A stretch of 64,000 bases of DNA from Octopus sinensis. Its lineage: Eukaryota. The notes under the pieces are model-generated. The model made no database searches. It was not told the origin of the DNA and saw nothing but the letters and a program-made list of their open reading frames with translations. The DNA is taken from the NCBI RefSeq assembly GCF_006345805.1, contig NC_043000.1, positions 9,548,001 to 9,612,000 of the forward strand, read 5' to 3'. This document shows, one piece after another, positions 50,716 through 64,000 of this stretch. Both the position numbers and the translations under genes were made by a program. Within the stretch, counting starts at the first letter, position 1; each line of letters starts with the position of its first letter.

Positions 50716-50979
50716 GAAATGTACCGTGGAACTATGCATACATACATACATACATACATACATACATACATACATACATACATGCACCGGTTATTTCGTA
50801 TGTTACAAGTGCAATCTGTCAGTGGAACAGAATAATAAAAAAAAAAGACTTTTCTGAAGTTCCAAATGTTAATTTGTCTGTGTTAACTACATCCCAGAGA
50901 TGGAACCTTCTATCTTTATTGGAAACCGGCTCCCCCTCAATGGAAGATCTATTATAATTAAGAAATAGAAGAGATATGC

Positions 50980-51012
<33 letters not shown>

Positions 51013-51031
51013 ATATATAATATATATATAT

Positions 51032-51103
<72 letters not shown>

Positions 51104-51139
51104 ATGCGTGCCTGTGTATACACAAGTAAGTACGGAAAT

Positions 51140-51290
51140 GCAAGACAAGGTGGAAAAAATAGTACTCGAATACCAAAAATACGGTAATATAATTCTTATT
51201 AAAGCCCCAAAAATTCTTCACAAACTGATACTTAGAGTCATTGTTCGTCGGACAATTTGATCACAACTGTCCGACGAACGGTAAAAAACA
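51140..51290 (-). mobile_element. Penelope-like remnant with hairpin and CCGACGA core variant
   Basis: Inverted repeat gttcgtcggaca/tgtccgacgaac (51243-51279). Minus strand reads aaattgt CCGACGA acaatg actctaagta tcagttt, with GAAA lost. Confidence 0.45.
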
Positions 51291-51494
51291 CACACACTCA
51301 CACACATACATATATACACACACACACACATAAATATACACACACATCTGCATATATTCATTTATATTCGCTAGTTTGTTGACCCTTTGCTTATAACTTC
51401 AAACATTATTGGATCCTGTCTCGTTTCTTGGAATTCTCATAGAAATAGATTCAACATGGGAGTCTGGTGGATTACTTGTTCATATATGTGTGCG

Positions 51495-51548
<54 letters not shown>

Positions 51549-52246
51549 AAGCGAGAGAGAGAGGCGCAAAGGCCCAGTGGTTAGGGCAGCGGACTCGCGG
51601 TCGTAGGATCGCGGTTTCGATTCCCAGACCGGCATGGGGTGGCGGAGATCTCTGCTAAACTCTTTCGCCGCAACTTTCTCTCACTCTTTCTCCTATTGGC
51701 TAAAATAATGCGAAGCGCATTGTGACCAGCGATGTGCAGCAAAATCTGATAGCCTAGTCGGTCACGTGGTATATATGTATGTATGTGTGTGTGTGTGTGT
51801 GTACATGCATATGTGTGTAGGTGTGTGTGTGTAGGTATCGTTTGAGGAAGTCGGAAGGAAAATAAAAGGAGATATAAATGTAGTGAGACAGTAGTTTAGA
51901 TGCTAATGTACAGCTATTTAGAATACTGAGTGCGCAAGTGTTGCTTTCTGCGCTCCAGGAATTGCATCACCTGTGAAATTAGCTGCTAAAACTTCCAGCC
52001 TCCTGTCGCAAAACAATATTTGTCTACGTCTGTCTTCCATCTGCTTCATGCTCCAAGTCTAAAATAAATTACATAAAAGAGGGGATTTAGTATATCTCGT
52101 GGCATCCAGTCAGCTCTCTACTGACTATTTCATTGATCAGAATATCTCGTCTAATAATATATGCGATCTGTGAGAGTACATTTTCTGTCTCACTGTTTAT
52201 TCCGTTGGCCGAATCGTTGTTTTGTCTGACATTGAAGGTCTAACAT

Positions 52247-52847
52247 CTATTTCTTTACTACCCACAAAGGGCTAAACACAGAGAGGACAAACAAGGACAG
52301 ACAAACGGATTAAGTCGATTATATCGACCCCAGTGCGTAACTGGTACTTATTTAATCGGCCCCGAAAGGATGAAAGGCAAAGTCGACCTCGGCGGAATTT
52401 GAACTCACAACGCAGCGGCAGACGAAATACCTATTTCTTTACTGCCCACGAGGGGCTAAACATAGAGGGGACAAACAAGGACAGACAAACGGATTAAGTC
52501 GATTATATCGACCCCAGTGCGTAACTGGTACTTATTAATCGGCCCCGAAAGGATGAAAGGCAAAGTCGACCTCGGCGGAATTTGAACTCACAACGCAGCG
52601 GCAGACGAAATACCTATTTCTTTACTGCCCACGAGGGGCTAAACATAGAGGGGACAAACAAGGACAGACAAACGGATTAAGTCGATTATATCGACCCCCA
52701 GTGCGTAACTGGTACTTGTTTAATCGATCCCGAAAGGATGAAAGGCAAAGTCGAACACGGCGGAATTTGAACTCAGAACGTAACGGCAGACGAAATACCG
52801 CTAAGCATTTCGCCTGGCGCGCTAACGTTTCTGCCAGCTCGCCGCCT
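52247..52847 (-). mobile_element. head-to-tail trimer of SINE S3
   Basis: Units start at 52247, 52431 and 52614 (periods 184 and 183 bp); only the last carries the complete head. Confidence 0.92.
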
Positions 52848-55833
52848 ACCGTTGGCCAAACCTACAGGTCCAGTTTCTCCTCCTTTCTTTTCACTCTACT
52901 CTTCGTGATGCTCTCATACTTTCCCTTTCCTCTTGCTCTCCTCCTCTTCTCCGTTTCCTATTCCCTTCCTTCCTCCTTCAACTTCTATTGATGAAATGGC
53001 CGATGAAAAGAGGCGGAGTTCGGTAGGCGAATGCTAAGATCCAGAACAAACACCGGAGGTCGCCTTATTTGAATTTTTAACAATTCCGCCGACCCACCGT
53101 CCTGGAAATGCTGGTTTATTTATTGACCCTGAAAAGAGAGAAAATAAAGTTGACCTCGGCGATATTTGAAGTCAGAAAACAGCGAACCGGATAAAAAATA
53201 CCGTGAGCCATCTCGTCCTATACTCTAACGACTTCAATTCACCATCATTGTTGTATGAATGTTTATGTGTATGTGTGCAATGAGTGAGTAATTCTGTACA
53301 TGGATCTGGATGCGCGTACGAATATCCACGCGCGCGTGAGTGCGTGCATGTATGTGTGTTGAAGGTGGCGGTATGAGGAGAAAGATCACTGATTGAAGCG
53401 TAGCACTTTCCTACTTTTATTTTGTAAGATTTATTGAGTGATAATGATTAAAAAAGAAAACAGAACAGAAAATCTAACTTACAGTGACAACATTAATAGA
53501 ACTTTTAGTATCGTTTTCAGATTTACTTTTACACAAAGAGAAAGAGATGAAGAGAAGAGTGAGAGAAGAGAGGTAGGAGGGTAGGGGGAGAAGGAGAAGG
53601 TAGGAAGAGAGGAGTATAAAGGGAGGAGAAGAATAATGTAACAGCCATAGTAAATACTAAAAAGAATATTATAAACTACGCTATGGAAATCACAAATTCG
53701 AGATAGAAAAGGACTTGACTGATTAAATAAAGAGAGATGAACCCAGAAGGGAAAAACAATACATATGGCTCCCCCTTGTTTTTAAAACGCTTAAGAATGG
53801 TAAGAAGAAGGGAAGAACTTGTTCTCAAACCAGAGACCTATCCCGGATGCTTGCAACAGAATGAATTTCGTTAAAGGCACTCAAGGACCATGTATGGGTA
53901 TTAAATCGTACGATGGTTTATGTCCATATTATGTCGCACGTTCGGATGACCTCTACTACACAACTCGACTCTGTTCGACTCTACCGACTGCTACTCAACT
54001 ATGCTCTAGTCTGAACTCTGACGTCTAGGCTTCTCCCACTATATCTACGTATTGGGCTAGCCTACTTCAACGTCTGGGGGCGTCCGCACAACAGTCCACT
54101 ACCCCAAAACTCAGAACATACACACAACCGTACGAAACATCGCAAGGTAACATCTCACCCGATGCTCTGACAGTCCCGCCAATTTGCCTTTGGACCAATA
54201 CCATATTTTATCGCCCGCCCTCTCCCGAAGGATGAAAGGCAAAGTTGACATCTGCAGGATTTGAAATCTAACAGCAGGAACAATTACGGCAAAATATCTT
54301 GTTCTCCGCACTAATGACTCAGCCACTTCGCCAAGATTATGTCGTAGCTATAATGATATAATCATGAAATTATGCGTGCCATGCAAAATAATGATAAAAG
54401 TCTACATGTGCCTCATGGGCTGCATATGAGCCATGCTTGATGTATATCATGACAGGTTGTAAGGTGTAGCAATAAAGCCATAAAACCCGAGATTTTATCT
54501 ACGCCTTTAGCACCGACATTTTATGGATCTATATACGCTTGATTTATTTACATACACAATATTACTTCAACAGAAACCGATGAATGTCCATAGATAAGAA
54601 ATACATACATACACACACATATGTTGTAGTTTCATATAAATGTAGTAGTATAGAATAATCGCATAATTATATATATTAACAAAATCTACATATATTTGTA
54701 TTTGTGTGTGTTTATGTGTGTGTGCGAATGAGCATTATCTTTACAACCTAGATAGATGGCAACTGTAATCATGCACAGATTCTAATCTACTCACAATAAA
54801 TTCATCTACAGTGGGAAAAGGAAAGAGTAAGTGGAAAATGTGAAAGATATTTTTTTTTAACTAAACCCTATTAATTATTCATTTTCGACTTTGTAAGCGA
54901 AAAATTTTGCATCTCGCTGACAAAAAGGGAAAGAAAACCAAACCAAACTTGTATCTGATTTTCGATATTTAGTTTTTGTCCCTGCTTTGGGAGAATCCAG
55001 TCAGAATAATCTTGTTGTTAACTAATCACACGATGTAGTTATCGATCTAGGAATACATGAATGAGAACGAAAGACGGAAGCAGAAAGCTATAAAACATCT
55101 GTTGTTACCGGAAATTCTTTGGCTTTCGTTTCAGATGACACTGGAGACAATAGCAACATAAAGAACAATAAGGATGATGAAGACAATACAAGCAATAGCT
55201 GCTATGAAAGTAGTCATAAAATAATTTGGATAATTACAGTTTCACAAATATGTCCTGAGATTTGAGACAACTGTATCAGAATTTATATTATGTAGCGATA
55301 ACAATATCAAGAGCAGTAACAGAACCAGTAAGAAATAAATTTCTTTATTAGCCGCAAGGGTTAATAAAAGATATAACAAACTGTAGAAAGAAATGATAAA
55401 CGGATAGAGTGGAGGCTGACAAAGACGTGTATGACAAGGAAAAACAAGTTATATAAAGACAAAGAAATCAATGAAAGATAGATATTCTCTTTCTCCGAAT
55501 GCTATGTGACTGGCATTAGAGATCGTGGAGCTGCAGGTCATTGTCTTAAGATTGATGATTTATTTTTCTTGGGAAAGATACAGCAGTAACTCTTTCTTGG
55601 TTTCTGCCGGTTTATTTACTTTATTTTACTTGTTTCAGTCATTATACCGCGGCCATGCTAGGACACCGCCTTGAAGAATCTTTTAGTCGAATGAATCGAA
55701 CCCAGTACTTATCTTCGGTCTCTTTTGCCGAATCGTTTACGGGTATGTAAACAGACCAACACCAGGTGTCAAGTGGTGGTGGGGACAATCACGGGTACAC
55801 ATCCACCCACACACCACACACACACACACACAC

Positions 55834-55875
<42 letters not shown>

Positions 55876-56389
55876 ACAGGCTTCTTTCAGTTTCCGTCTA
55901 CCAAATACACTCACAAGGCCTTGGCCGGCCCGAGGTTATGGTGCTACGCTGTGGAAGCGAACCCGGAACCATGAAATGGGAAGCAAGCTTCTTACCATAT
56001 CGCTTAGTTTTAGTTTACCCTCCTAAGCTTGTCTTTTACGCACAAGACCTGTTTAACTTTTAGGCAAGGGCTTCGTTCGCGTGACATCAGGGGTCGTCCA
56101 TAGACCGGTGAGCTTTTGCAGCATATGACTAGGGACCAAACCATCTTCTGAGTCCTGTATGATTTAGCTACAGGATCATCTTTTATTTAATCCTTAATTG
56201 GGTCCTTTGACAGATACTACCACTCAGAGCCAGAATTGCCCTGGGTGTTATGGTGACAAAGGACCATATTCCTCCAAAAGTCATAAACTTCCAAGCTCGA
56301 GCTTCATTTTTAAATGGAATTTCATATCTTGCCTAAGACTAGAAAGATGTTAAAAAAGCATCTAATAGGGAAACAAATTAAAAAATTAA

Positions 56390-56815
56390 GATATTTTCGG
56401 TTTGAACGGCAGTTTTTTAAAATAATTTCCACGTAACTAAACACTTTTAAACTTCGTATAATGGTATACTTATAAAACATCTTTTTCTCTTGGCTTTATT
56501 GAGAAAATTCTACAGTTTGTAAGATATTTCTTGTTTTTTTCTTCAATTTCTGCAATTTCAACCAATCAATGACGTCTATTGGAGGTGAAAACATTCTGTG
56601 CCGTATGAATATGTCCCTCGTTTAAGAAACAGATTGGGTTTATTTACATTTCTGAGGAAAAAACCCCTTCCCCACCCCTAATCCTAATCCTAACCCTAAC
56701 TAACCCCAACCCTAAAACAGATTGAAATGCAAAAGATCGATACTAGGGTCATAATTATGGGTAACAATTTCATATGACACCGCTAGAAAAAACTGCCATT
56801 CAAATCGAAAAGATC
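56390..56815. mobile_element. MITE with about 28-bp TIRs
   Basis: gatattttcggtttgaacggcagttttt versus the reverse complement of aaaaactgccattcaaatcgaaaagatc; internal CCCTAA-like run. Superfamily unresolved. Confidence 0.75.
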
Positions 56816-57226
56816 CCAAAATTATAAAAATAAACAAATAATTAAACTGTAATATAAAAAAAATTGTGGAGGCGCAATGGCCCAGTGGTTAGGGCAGCGG
56901 ACTCGCGTCGGAGGATCGCGGTTTCGATTCCGAGACCGGGCGTTGTGTGTGTTTATTGAGCGAAGACACCTGAAGCTCCACGAGACTCCGGGAGGAAGGG
57001 GGGGGTTACGACCCCTGTTGTACTCTTTCGCCACAACTTTCTCTCTTTCTTCCTGTTTCTTGAGTAACGCTTGTGTGGTAAGTAGCTTGGTAACCAGCCA
57101 CATGGTTCTGGGTTCAGTTCCGCTGCGTGGCATCTTGGGCAAGTGTCTTCTGTTATAGCCCCGGGCCGACCAATGCCTTGTGAGTGGATTTGGTAGACGG
57201 AAACTGAAAGAAGCTCGTCGTATATA

Positions 57227-57258
<32 letters not shown>

Positions 57259-58307
57259 ATATGTTTGTGAGTCTGTGTTTGTCACCCTAGCTTTGCTTGA
57301 CAACCGATGGTGTTGTGTTTACGTCCCCGTAACTTAGCGGTTCGGCAAAAGTGACCGATAGAATAAGTACTGGGCTTACAAAGAATAAGTCCCGGGGTCG
57401 ATTTGCTCGACTAAAGGCGGTGCTCCAGCATGGCCGCAGTCAAATGACTGAAACAAGTAAAAGAGTAAAAGAGTAAAAGCCACAGTGATAAAAACAAAAT
57501 ACAATTAAAAAAAATAATACATGAAAAGGTCGTTAATTCACACAAGGGTGATAAATTAACGTTTTCTGAGAATTGTCGGCGATTCTGTTAGTCTTTCTTT
57601 GCCTGCTACTCTTGTGGGCAGTGGATCCTCAAGTAGGTTTGCTCCCACCTGTGTAGCAACGGTTCTTCTCGCCCTCTGTGTTTGTTTGTTTGTTTGTTTG
57701 TTTGTGTGTATGTTCGAGTGTGTGACAACTTCAACAACAACGTTTCTTCGAAGTAATTTCACAAATTGCCCGAAAGTATATATCAGGATTTACAAATGCA
57801 AATACCAAAACAGCATATCTTTACCTTTTACTCGTTTCAGTCATTAGACTGCGGCCAGGCTGGGGCAGCTCCTCAAAGGATTTTAGTCGAACGAATCAAC
57901 CCCTCTACTTATTTTTTTATTTTACGCTTGGTATTTATTCTATCGGTCTCTTTTGTTGAACTGCTGTGTCACGGGGACCAGAACACACCAACATCGGATG
58001 TCAAGGGAAGGTGCTGGTGCTGGTGGAGGGGCAAATACACACTCTCAGACACACACGTGCATATATTTATACAGCGGACTTCTTTTAGTTTCCGTTTGCC
58101 AAATCCACTCACAAGGCCTTGGTTGACCTGCGGCTACAGTTGAAGACATTTGCCCAAAGTGCCATGCAGTGGAACCTTGCCCCCCCCCACAGAGCGACGT
58201 CTGCGCCTTTGTGAGAAAAACAACAAAAAAACAAAACAAAAACAAAACAAAAACAAAACTACAAGCATGTCACTTTGATGGCATGCATTGTTCTATCACT
58301 TAATAAT

Positions 58308-58378
<71 letters not shown>

Positions 58379-58515
58379 GGCACTGCACACATCCTACGCA
58401 GAACACTTTCCATACAATAACCATCAGAGCATCACAACAAATCACAGCACATACCCAAGGCATACAGAGCTGCGCTCGGTAGTGAAGTGAAAGCACGATA
58501 TAAAAAAATATACTA

Positions 58516-58518
<3 letters not shown>
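58379..58518 (+). mobile_element. R4/Dong-like non-LTR 3' end inserted in a (TAA)n tract
   Basis: GGC ACT GCA CAC ATC CTA CGC AGA ACA CTT TCC ATA CAA TAA = GTAHILRRTLSIQ*, resembling the R4-clade C-terminus GTAxILRKVL; (AAT)n on both sides. Confidence 0.65.
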
Positions 58519-58556
<38 letters not shown>

Positions 58557-58934
58557 GATATAGCATGCCCAGCTAACAACAATGTGTACGATAAGGAAGA
58601 AACTAGTGAGTACGACAGGAAGAAACTAGTGAATAGTCCGGCAAAAAAACACCGTAAAATAATAGGTACCAAACTATGGCGTCGAGTTTATCGAATCCAC
58701 AGAAAAGCCTCAATCCAATGACTGAAAGAAGTGGAAACGTCAAGAAAAAAAAAAAAAAGAAAGAACGAATTACAAGACTTATTTCGGTATTATTATTACC
58801 TCATCAAGAAAGCATAGACATTACTGTACCCGCTTCAATAGTACTGAGGAAGTCACTAACTAAATATAAGAAGATGGTACAGTGGTTGACAAAGAGAAAT
58901 AGAACTGAAAATACGTTGAAGCAGTTTTCAACGC

Positions 58935-59011
58935 AGATAATGTTTCTATTTTAGATAATGTTTCTATTTTAGATAATGTTACTATTTCAGATAATGTTTC
59001 TATTTTAGATA
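58935..59011. repeat. 18-bp tandem repeat, about 4.3 copies
   Basis: agataatgtttctatttt at 58935, 58953, 58971 (variant) and 58989. Confidence 0.9.
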
Positions 59012-59475
59012 GTTTTATGTCATTGTAAGAAAAGCTGGGAAAATAGTCTCTATTTATTCTTACAGTCTTGAAATCGATATCAATATTGCACTGATGGTCG
59101 GAATGATTGCTGGCGTACAATTATTGGGAGAGATACTATAATAGTTTTAGTTAACTGTTGTCATCGTATAACGGTGGTAAGTGATACTAAGATAGATTCA
59201 GCAAACCTTCCGTCTCGCTTTTATTGCTACATTAAAATTTCAGAAAGGGAATACATACGTGCATACATACATTCATACATGCACACACACAACACATATA
59301 TTTATACACACATATATATTTAAATACATGTATATATGTGTGTATGTATTTGTATATGTGAATTATGTACATATACATATGTACATACACACACACATAT
59401 ATGCACACTACACACAAACATGTATATACAAATATATAGATATGTAAAATGCATGCATCTATGTAGTATATATAC

Positions 59476-59525
<50 letters not shown>

Positions 59526-60388
59526 ATATATATATAATATATATATAAGGCGGTGCTCCAGCATGGGCAGTCAAATGACTGAAACAAGTAAAAAAGTAAA
59601 AGAATACAATAATATATATGTATATATATATATATACACACACACACATATATATGTATATATCTATACACGCACATACACACATGAGTATGGAGTATCT
59701 TTTATCATAGATCTATTGTCAAGGGTGGCGGAAGTTTTAAGCAACAACAGCAATAGCAACAAGTGTAATGACATCTATAGCAACCAACAACAAGTTAACA
59801 GTAACAACAATATATAAGTGACTCACAAACAAAGGGGAACAAGAATCGAAACTCGATCCTCTCATTTCATATAGTCATTGTAAGTGCCAGGTTGTGTCCT
59901 CTATCCCTGGAATCCCGACCTGGCAGAGACGGCAGTCAAATTTTCACCTCGAATTACACCCTATCTGCATTGAAAAATGAAAATAAAATAAAGCAGTAAA
60001 GGAAAGAAAAAGAAGAGAATGGCAGTCGCATACTTTTCATCGTGAGTCTTCTCTACATCAGAGACTCAACCATTTTTGCCGATGGTCTCCTTTGATTTCT
60101 GTTTTACTCGGATGGATCCTCAAAGCCATTTTGATGTTTAAGAAAAGTATCATTGTATATTTATACTCTTTACTCTTTTACTCTTATAGCTGTTTCAGTC
60201 ATTTGACTGCGGCCATGCTGGAGCACCCCCTTTACTCGAGCAAATCGACCCCAGGACTTATTCTTTGTAAGCCTAGAACTTATTCTATCGGTCACTTTTG
60301 CCGAACCGCTAAGTGACGGGGACGTAAACACACCAGCATCGGCTGTCCCAGCAGTTGGGGTGGAACAACACACAGACCACAAACACAC

Positions 60389-60436
<48 letters not shown>

Positions 60437-60685
60437 GAGTATATATATTATATATACACAATTTAAAAATAGGATAAAATCTTTATAAGAATTAATCAAG
60501 TAGTTAGCATGAAAAACTTCATAAGAGAAAAAATCCACCAATTTTTTCACTTAAATATATTTATGTACATTATATAGAGGGCATTACCATACATAAATGC
60601 CTCTATATATATATATATATATATAGATATATATATAATATATATATATATATATAATATATATATAATATGATAATATATATAT

Positions 60686-60732
<47 letters not shown>

Positions 60733-61089
60733 ATATATATACATATTACATATATACATATATATACATATATACGACGGGCTTCTTTCAGTTTCTGTCT
60801 ACCAAATCCACTCACAAGGCTTTAGTCGGTCCGGGGCTATAGTAGAAGGCACTTGCCCAAGAATTGTATTGAAAAAAAAATTGTTTAAAATATTTTGTGT
60901 ATTGTAGAAGTATAGCCAATTTATTGCTGGGTAAATTCTAACTACAAAATCTTATATATGGAAACCCCAAAGAGCTATATTGACCCCGGTTGAGAATCAC
61001 TGCTTTAGATAAATGACAACAATAGCAACAACAACAATGAGGATGGTGACAAATAGATTATGTTGATGTTGATAATGTTAAAGATAGAA

Positions 61090-61760
61090 AAGGAGAAGGA
61101 TGAATGATGATGATGATGATGGGGAGGAGGAGGAGGAGGAGAAGAAGACCGATATAGAAGTCAGAAGAAGAATGCAGGTCGAGAAAGAGAAGAGTGAAAA
61201 GAAGACAGAAGAATGGAGAGAAGTTAGAAGAAAAAGAAGAAGAAGGAGAAAAGAAGATGAAGTGAGAAGAAAAAGAAGAGGAAAAATGTGAAGACAGAAG
61301 AAGAAAAAAAGGAAGAAGTTGAAGACAGAATAAGAACCAGAAGCGGAAAGAGAAGAGGAAAATGTGAAGACAGAAGAAGACAAAGAAGAAGAGGAAAAAG
61401 AAGAAGAGGAAGAGAAGAAGAGGAAAAAGAAGATGAAGACAGAAGAAGAAGAAGGCGAAGCCAGAAGAAAAAAAGACAGAAGAAGAAGAAGAAGAAAAAG
61501 ACAGAAGAAGAAGAAGAAGGCGAAGCCAGAAGAAGAAAAAGACAGAAAAAAAGGGAGAAGAGGAAAAGGCGAAGACAGAAGAAAAAAAAGGTGAAGACAG
61601 AAGAAAAAGAAGATGAAGACAGAAAAAGATGAAAAAGAAGAAGAAGGTGAAGAGAGAAGAAGAAAAAGAAGATGAAGATAGAAGAAGACGAAGAGGAAGA
61701 AGAAGAGGAAGATGTAGATGGTGAAGATAGAAGGTTAAGACAGAAGACGAAGAATAAGGA
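61090..61760. repeat. polypurine (GAA/GAG)-rich low-complexity tract
   Basis: Almost pure A/G with a recurring gaagacagaagaagaa word. Confidence 0.9.
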
Positions 61761-62436
61761 GAATATGTAGAAGTAGACAGACAGATACGCGAAGAGCGAA
61801 TCTAACGGTGAAGTGTAGAATGTAATTGCATGTTGATATACGGCTGTATTAGACTCATTCCATGTTCTACTTCGACATTATATTTTGTAAAAAAAAAAGA
61901 TAAGGAATCGCGCGAAACGTCTACAATTTCATCAAGATCACTGCTAAGCTTTAAATATAAACTCTAATATAAACTTCTGATGTATGAAAGCCGATGGAAT
62001 AAGCCAAGAAAAAGATCTGGTTTATTTTATTAACGGTGTATATTACATTTTCATCTCATCAGTTAGTGGTTAGCGATGATAATGTGTTAAAACAAATATA
62101 AGTAAATATATATTCTCTCACTCCCACGAATAACAAAACAAAACAAAAATATTCTATCGCGACTGGTATAATGAATTATATAGGCGCAGGCGTGGCTACG
62201 TGGTAAGAAGCTTGTTTCCCAAACATATGGTTCCGGGTTCTGTCTCACTGCATGTCACCCTGCGTGAATGTCTTCTACTATAGCCTTGAGAGTGGACTTG
62301 GTAGGCAGAAACTGTATATATATATATTTATAAATGAGGGTGAAAAATTTGATATTAATTTAATAATACCATCAATTTAACACCAAGTGGCTTAGCACAT
62401 AAAAACCAAGGGAAAAATACAAATTTATACATAAAT

Positions 62437-62538
62437 ATTAGAGAGTGACTACTATTTGGTTCACTCTAGTGCTAAAAATAGCACTAGAGTGCTATCTATT
62501 TAGCACTAGAGTGAACCACATAGTGGTCACTCTCTAAT
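62437..62538. repeat. fold-back palindrome with three alternative stem arms
   Basis: Outer arms attagagagtgac../..gtcactctctaat; cactctagtgcta (62462) can pair with tagcactagagtg at 62480 or at 62501. Confidence 0.75.
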
Positions 62539-63161
62539 TTTGTATATATATATATAATATATATGCGTGTTTATGTAAGCATATATTTTACTATTTCATT
62601 TAGGTATGAAGGTGGGCATAATGGTTAGCGGAATTTCGTCGCCGAGTTCGACTTTGCCATTCATCCTTTCGGAGTCGATGAAATAGGTACCATATGAGTA
62701 CTGGGGTCGATGTAATCGACTAGTCCCCTCCCTCAAATTTCAAACCTTGTACCTATAGTAAAGGATTATTTCTTTTCGCTACTAATAACCTGGGGTTAGA
62801 ACTCAGTATATATATATGGTTCAGAATAAAGGGCCAGTCGAGTACAGAGTAGTAATAAAAAATTAAAATGAGAAGGAAATAAGAAATTATGTCACGAATT
62901 TCATTAGCTCACTGATGTTTTTGCTATAAGATGGAATGCACTCATAGTTGAATGCTTGTGCATCAACCTATAGCTTCATCGGAGCTTTAAAAATGAAGTA
63001 CAATTTTATTTGGGGAAGTATTTACATGGTGATAGGTTTGGGAAATTCCACACTGGATCGTTCCCAAAACCATCAATGGCAGCAGAGAATACGAGCGGTC
63101 TTTCAAGTTCTGTGCACTCAAAGAACGAACGAATGTGCGTGTGTGAGAGAGAGCGAGATAG

Positions 63162-63205
<44 letters not shown>

Positions 63206-63259
63206 GTGTGTATGACACATTCATATTTAAATATATATGTGCGTGTATTTTTATATGTG

Positions 63260-63316
<57 letters not shown>

Positions 63317-64000
63317 GTATATGTATGCATGCATGTATGTGTGTGTGTGCGTGTATGTGTGTATAAACACTAAGAAATTCCTTTATGTGTGTGTCTCCAC
63401 ACACACACACACACACACACATGAGATGAGGCAAGATTCACATGCTTATTTTAATATGTATATAAGCCTTAATTTCCGTAGATAATTAAGTATATAAGCC
63501 TACGAATTAAGGCTTATATAATTAATTTACGTATGTAAATGAAGCCTTATACACATAGTTAAAAATACAAAATTAATAGATAATTGTATATTATGTGGTT
63601 GTATAACCAGAAGTTCAAATTGTTCTGTCAACTCAACTGAAATGATTTAACGAAACTAGTTACTAAGTATCTAATTAGTTATATACAAAAAAATTATAAG
63701 TCTATCCGCTCATCGTTAATTACATCCAGGAGACAATAAGCTTCATTAGAAACCTTAGTCTTTTTACTGTCAAGCTTTTCTCCTCCTACCGTGTTGCTAC
63801 GCTAAAAATATAAAATAAAAATGTGAGGATAAAATAACAATGATACAAACGGTGAGAGTGAAAGGAAGAGACCAAATCGAGCTTGTTTCTCAAATGGGGG
63901 AAACTTGAGAGAAGAAAATGCGATATTAGCTTGCAAAGAAGCTGATAAGAACAATATTTATGCCTCTGCAAATGCGTATCTGGCAGCTTTTCGCTTTTGG

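Noticed and set aside
56675-56718. Interstitial telomere
   Set aside because: Only a few imperfect CCCTAA units, located inside a TIR-bounded MITE.
56868-56945. tRNA genes at SINE heads (also 13260-13337, 32269, 51561)
   Set aside because: They have A/B-box-like sequence but continue into SINE bodies and lack a complete cloverleaf and Pol III terminator.
61078-61632. Charged E/K/R-rich ORFs
   Set aside because: Low-complexity GAA tract open in several frames, with no convincing splice sites or domain.

Overview
64 kb of AT-rich, microsatellite-dense eukaryotic genomic DNA, most likely from an Octopus (inferred from repeat content; no database search was run). There is a 100-N scaffold gap at 45702-45801. 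The only well-supported host gene is the 3' end of a + strand gene: 5 GT-AG exons (461-19074) splice in frame into a TIR (TIR_2-type) domain followed by a SAM-like domain. The putative NADase glutamate is present (SPNCRTE). The rest is a dense transposable-element landscape. It includes three long copies of one RTE-clade LINE (APE endonuclease + RT with an embedded PHD-like C4HC3 finger), one of which has a 3' UTR expanded into about 40 double-hairpin units with higher-order structure. There are many Penelope-like fold-back remnants carrying hammerhead-ribozyme-like motifs, one with a compensatory G3:C8 core. An ORF1(gag-like)-only retroelement shares its 3' tail with a local SINE family and lies between Helitron-like termini. 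Also present are HERO-like and Dong/R4-like restriction-endonuclease retroelement fragments, mariner and maT remnants, MITEs, a long-TIR element, several tRNA-derived SINE families and a 3.1 kb strand-switching AAT/AGT satellite. Almost all ORF-track entries other than the TIR-SAM exons and TE ORFs are microsatellite artefacts.
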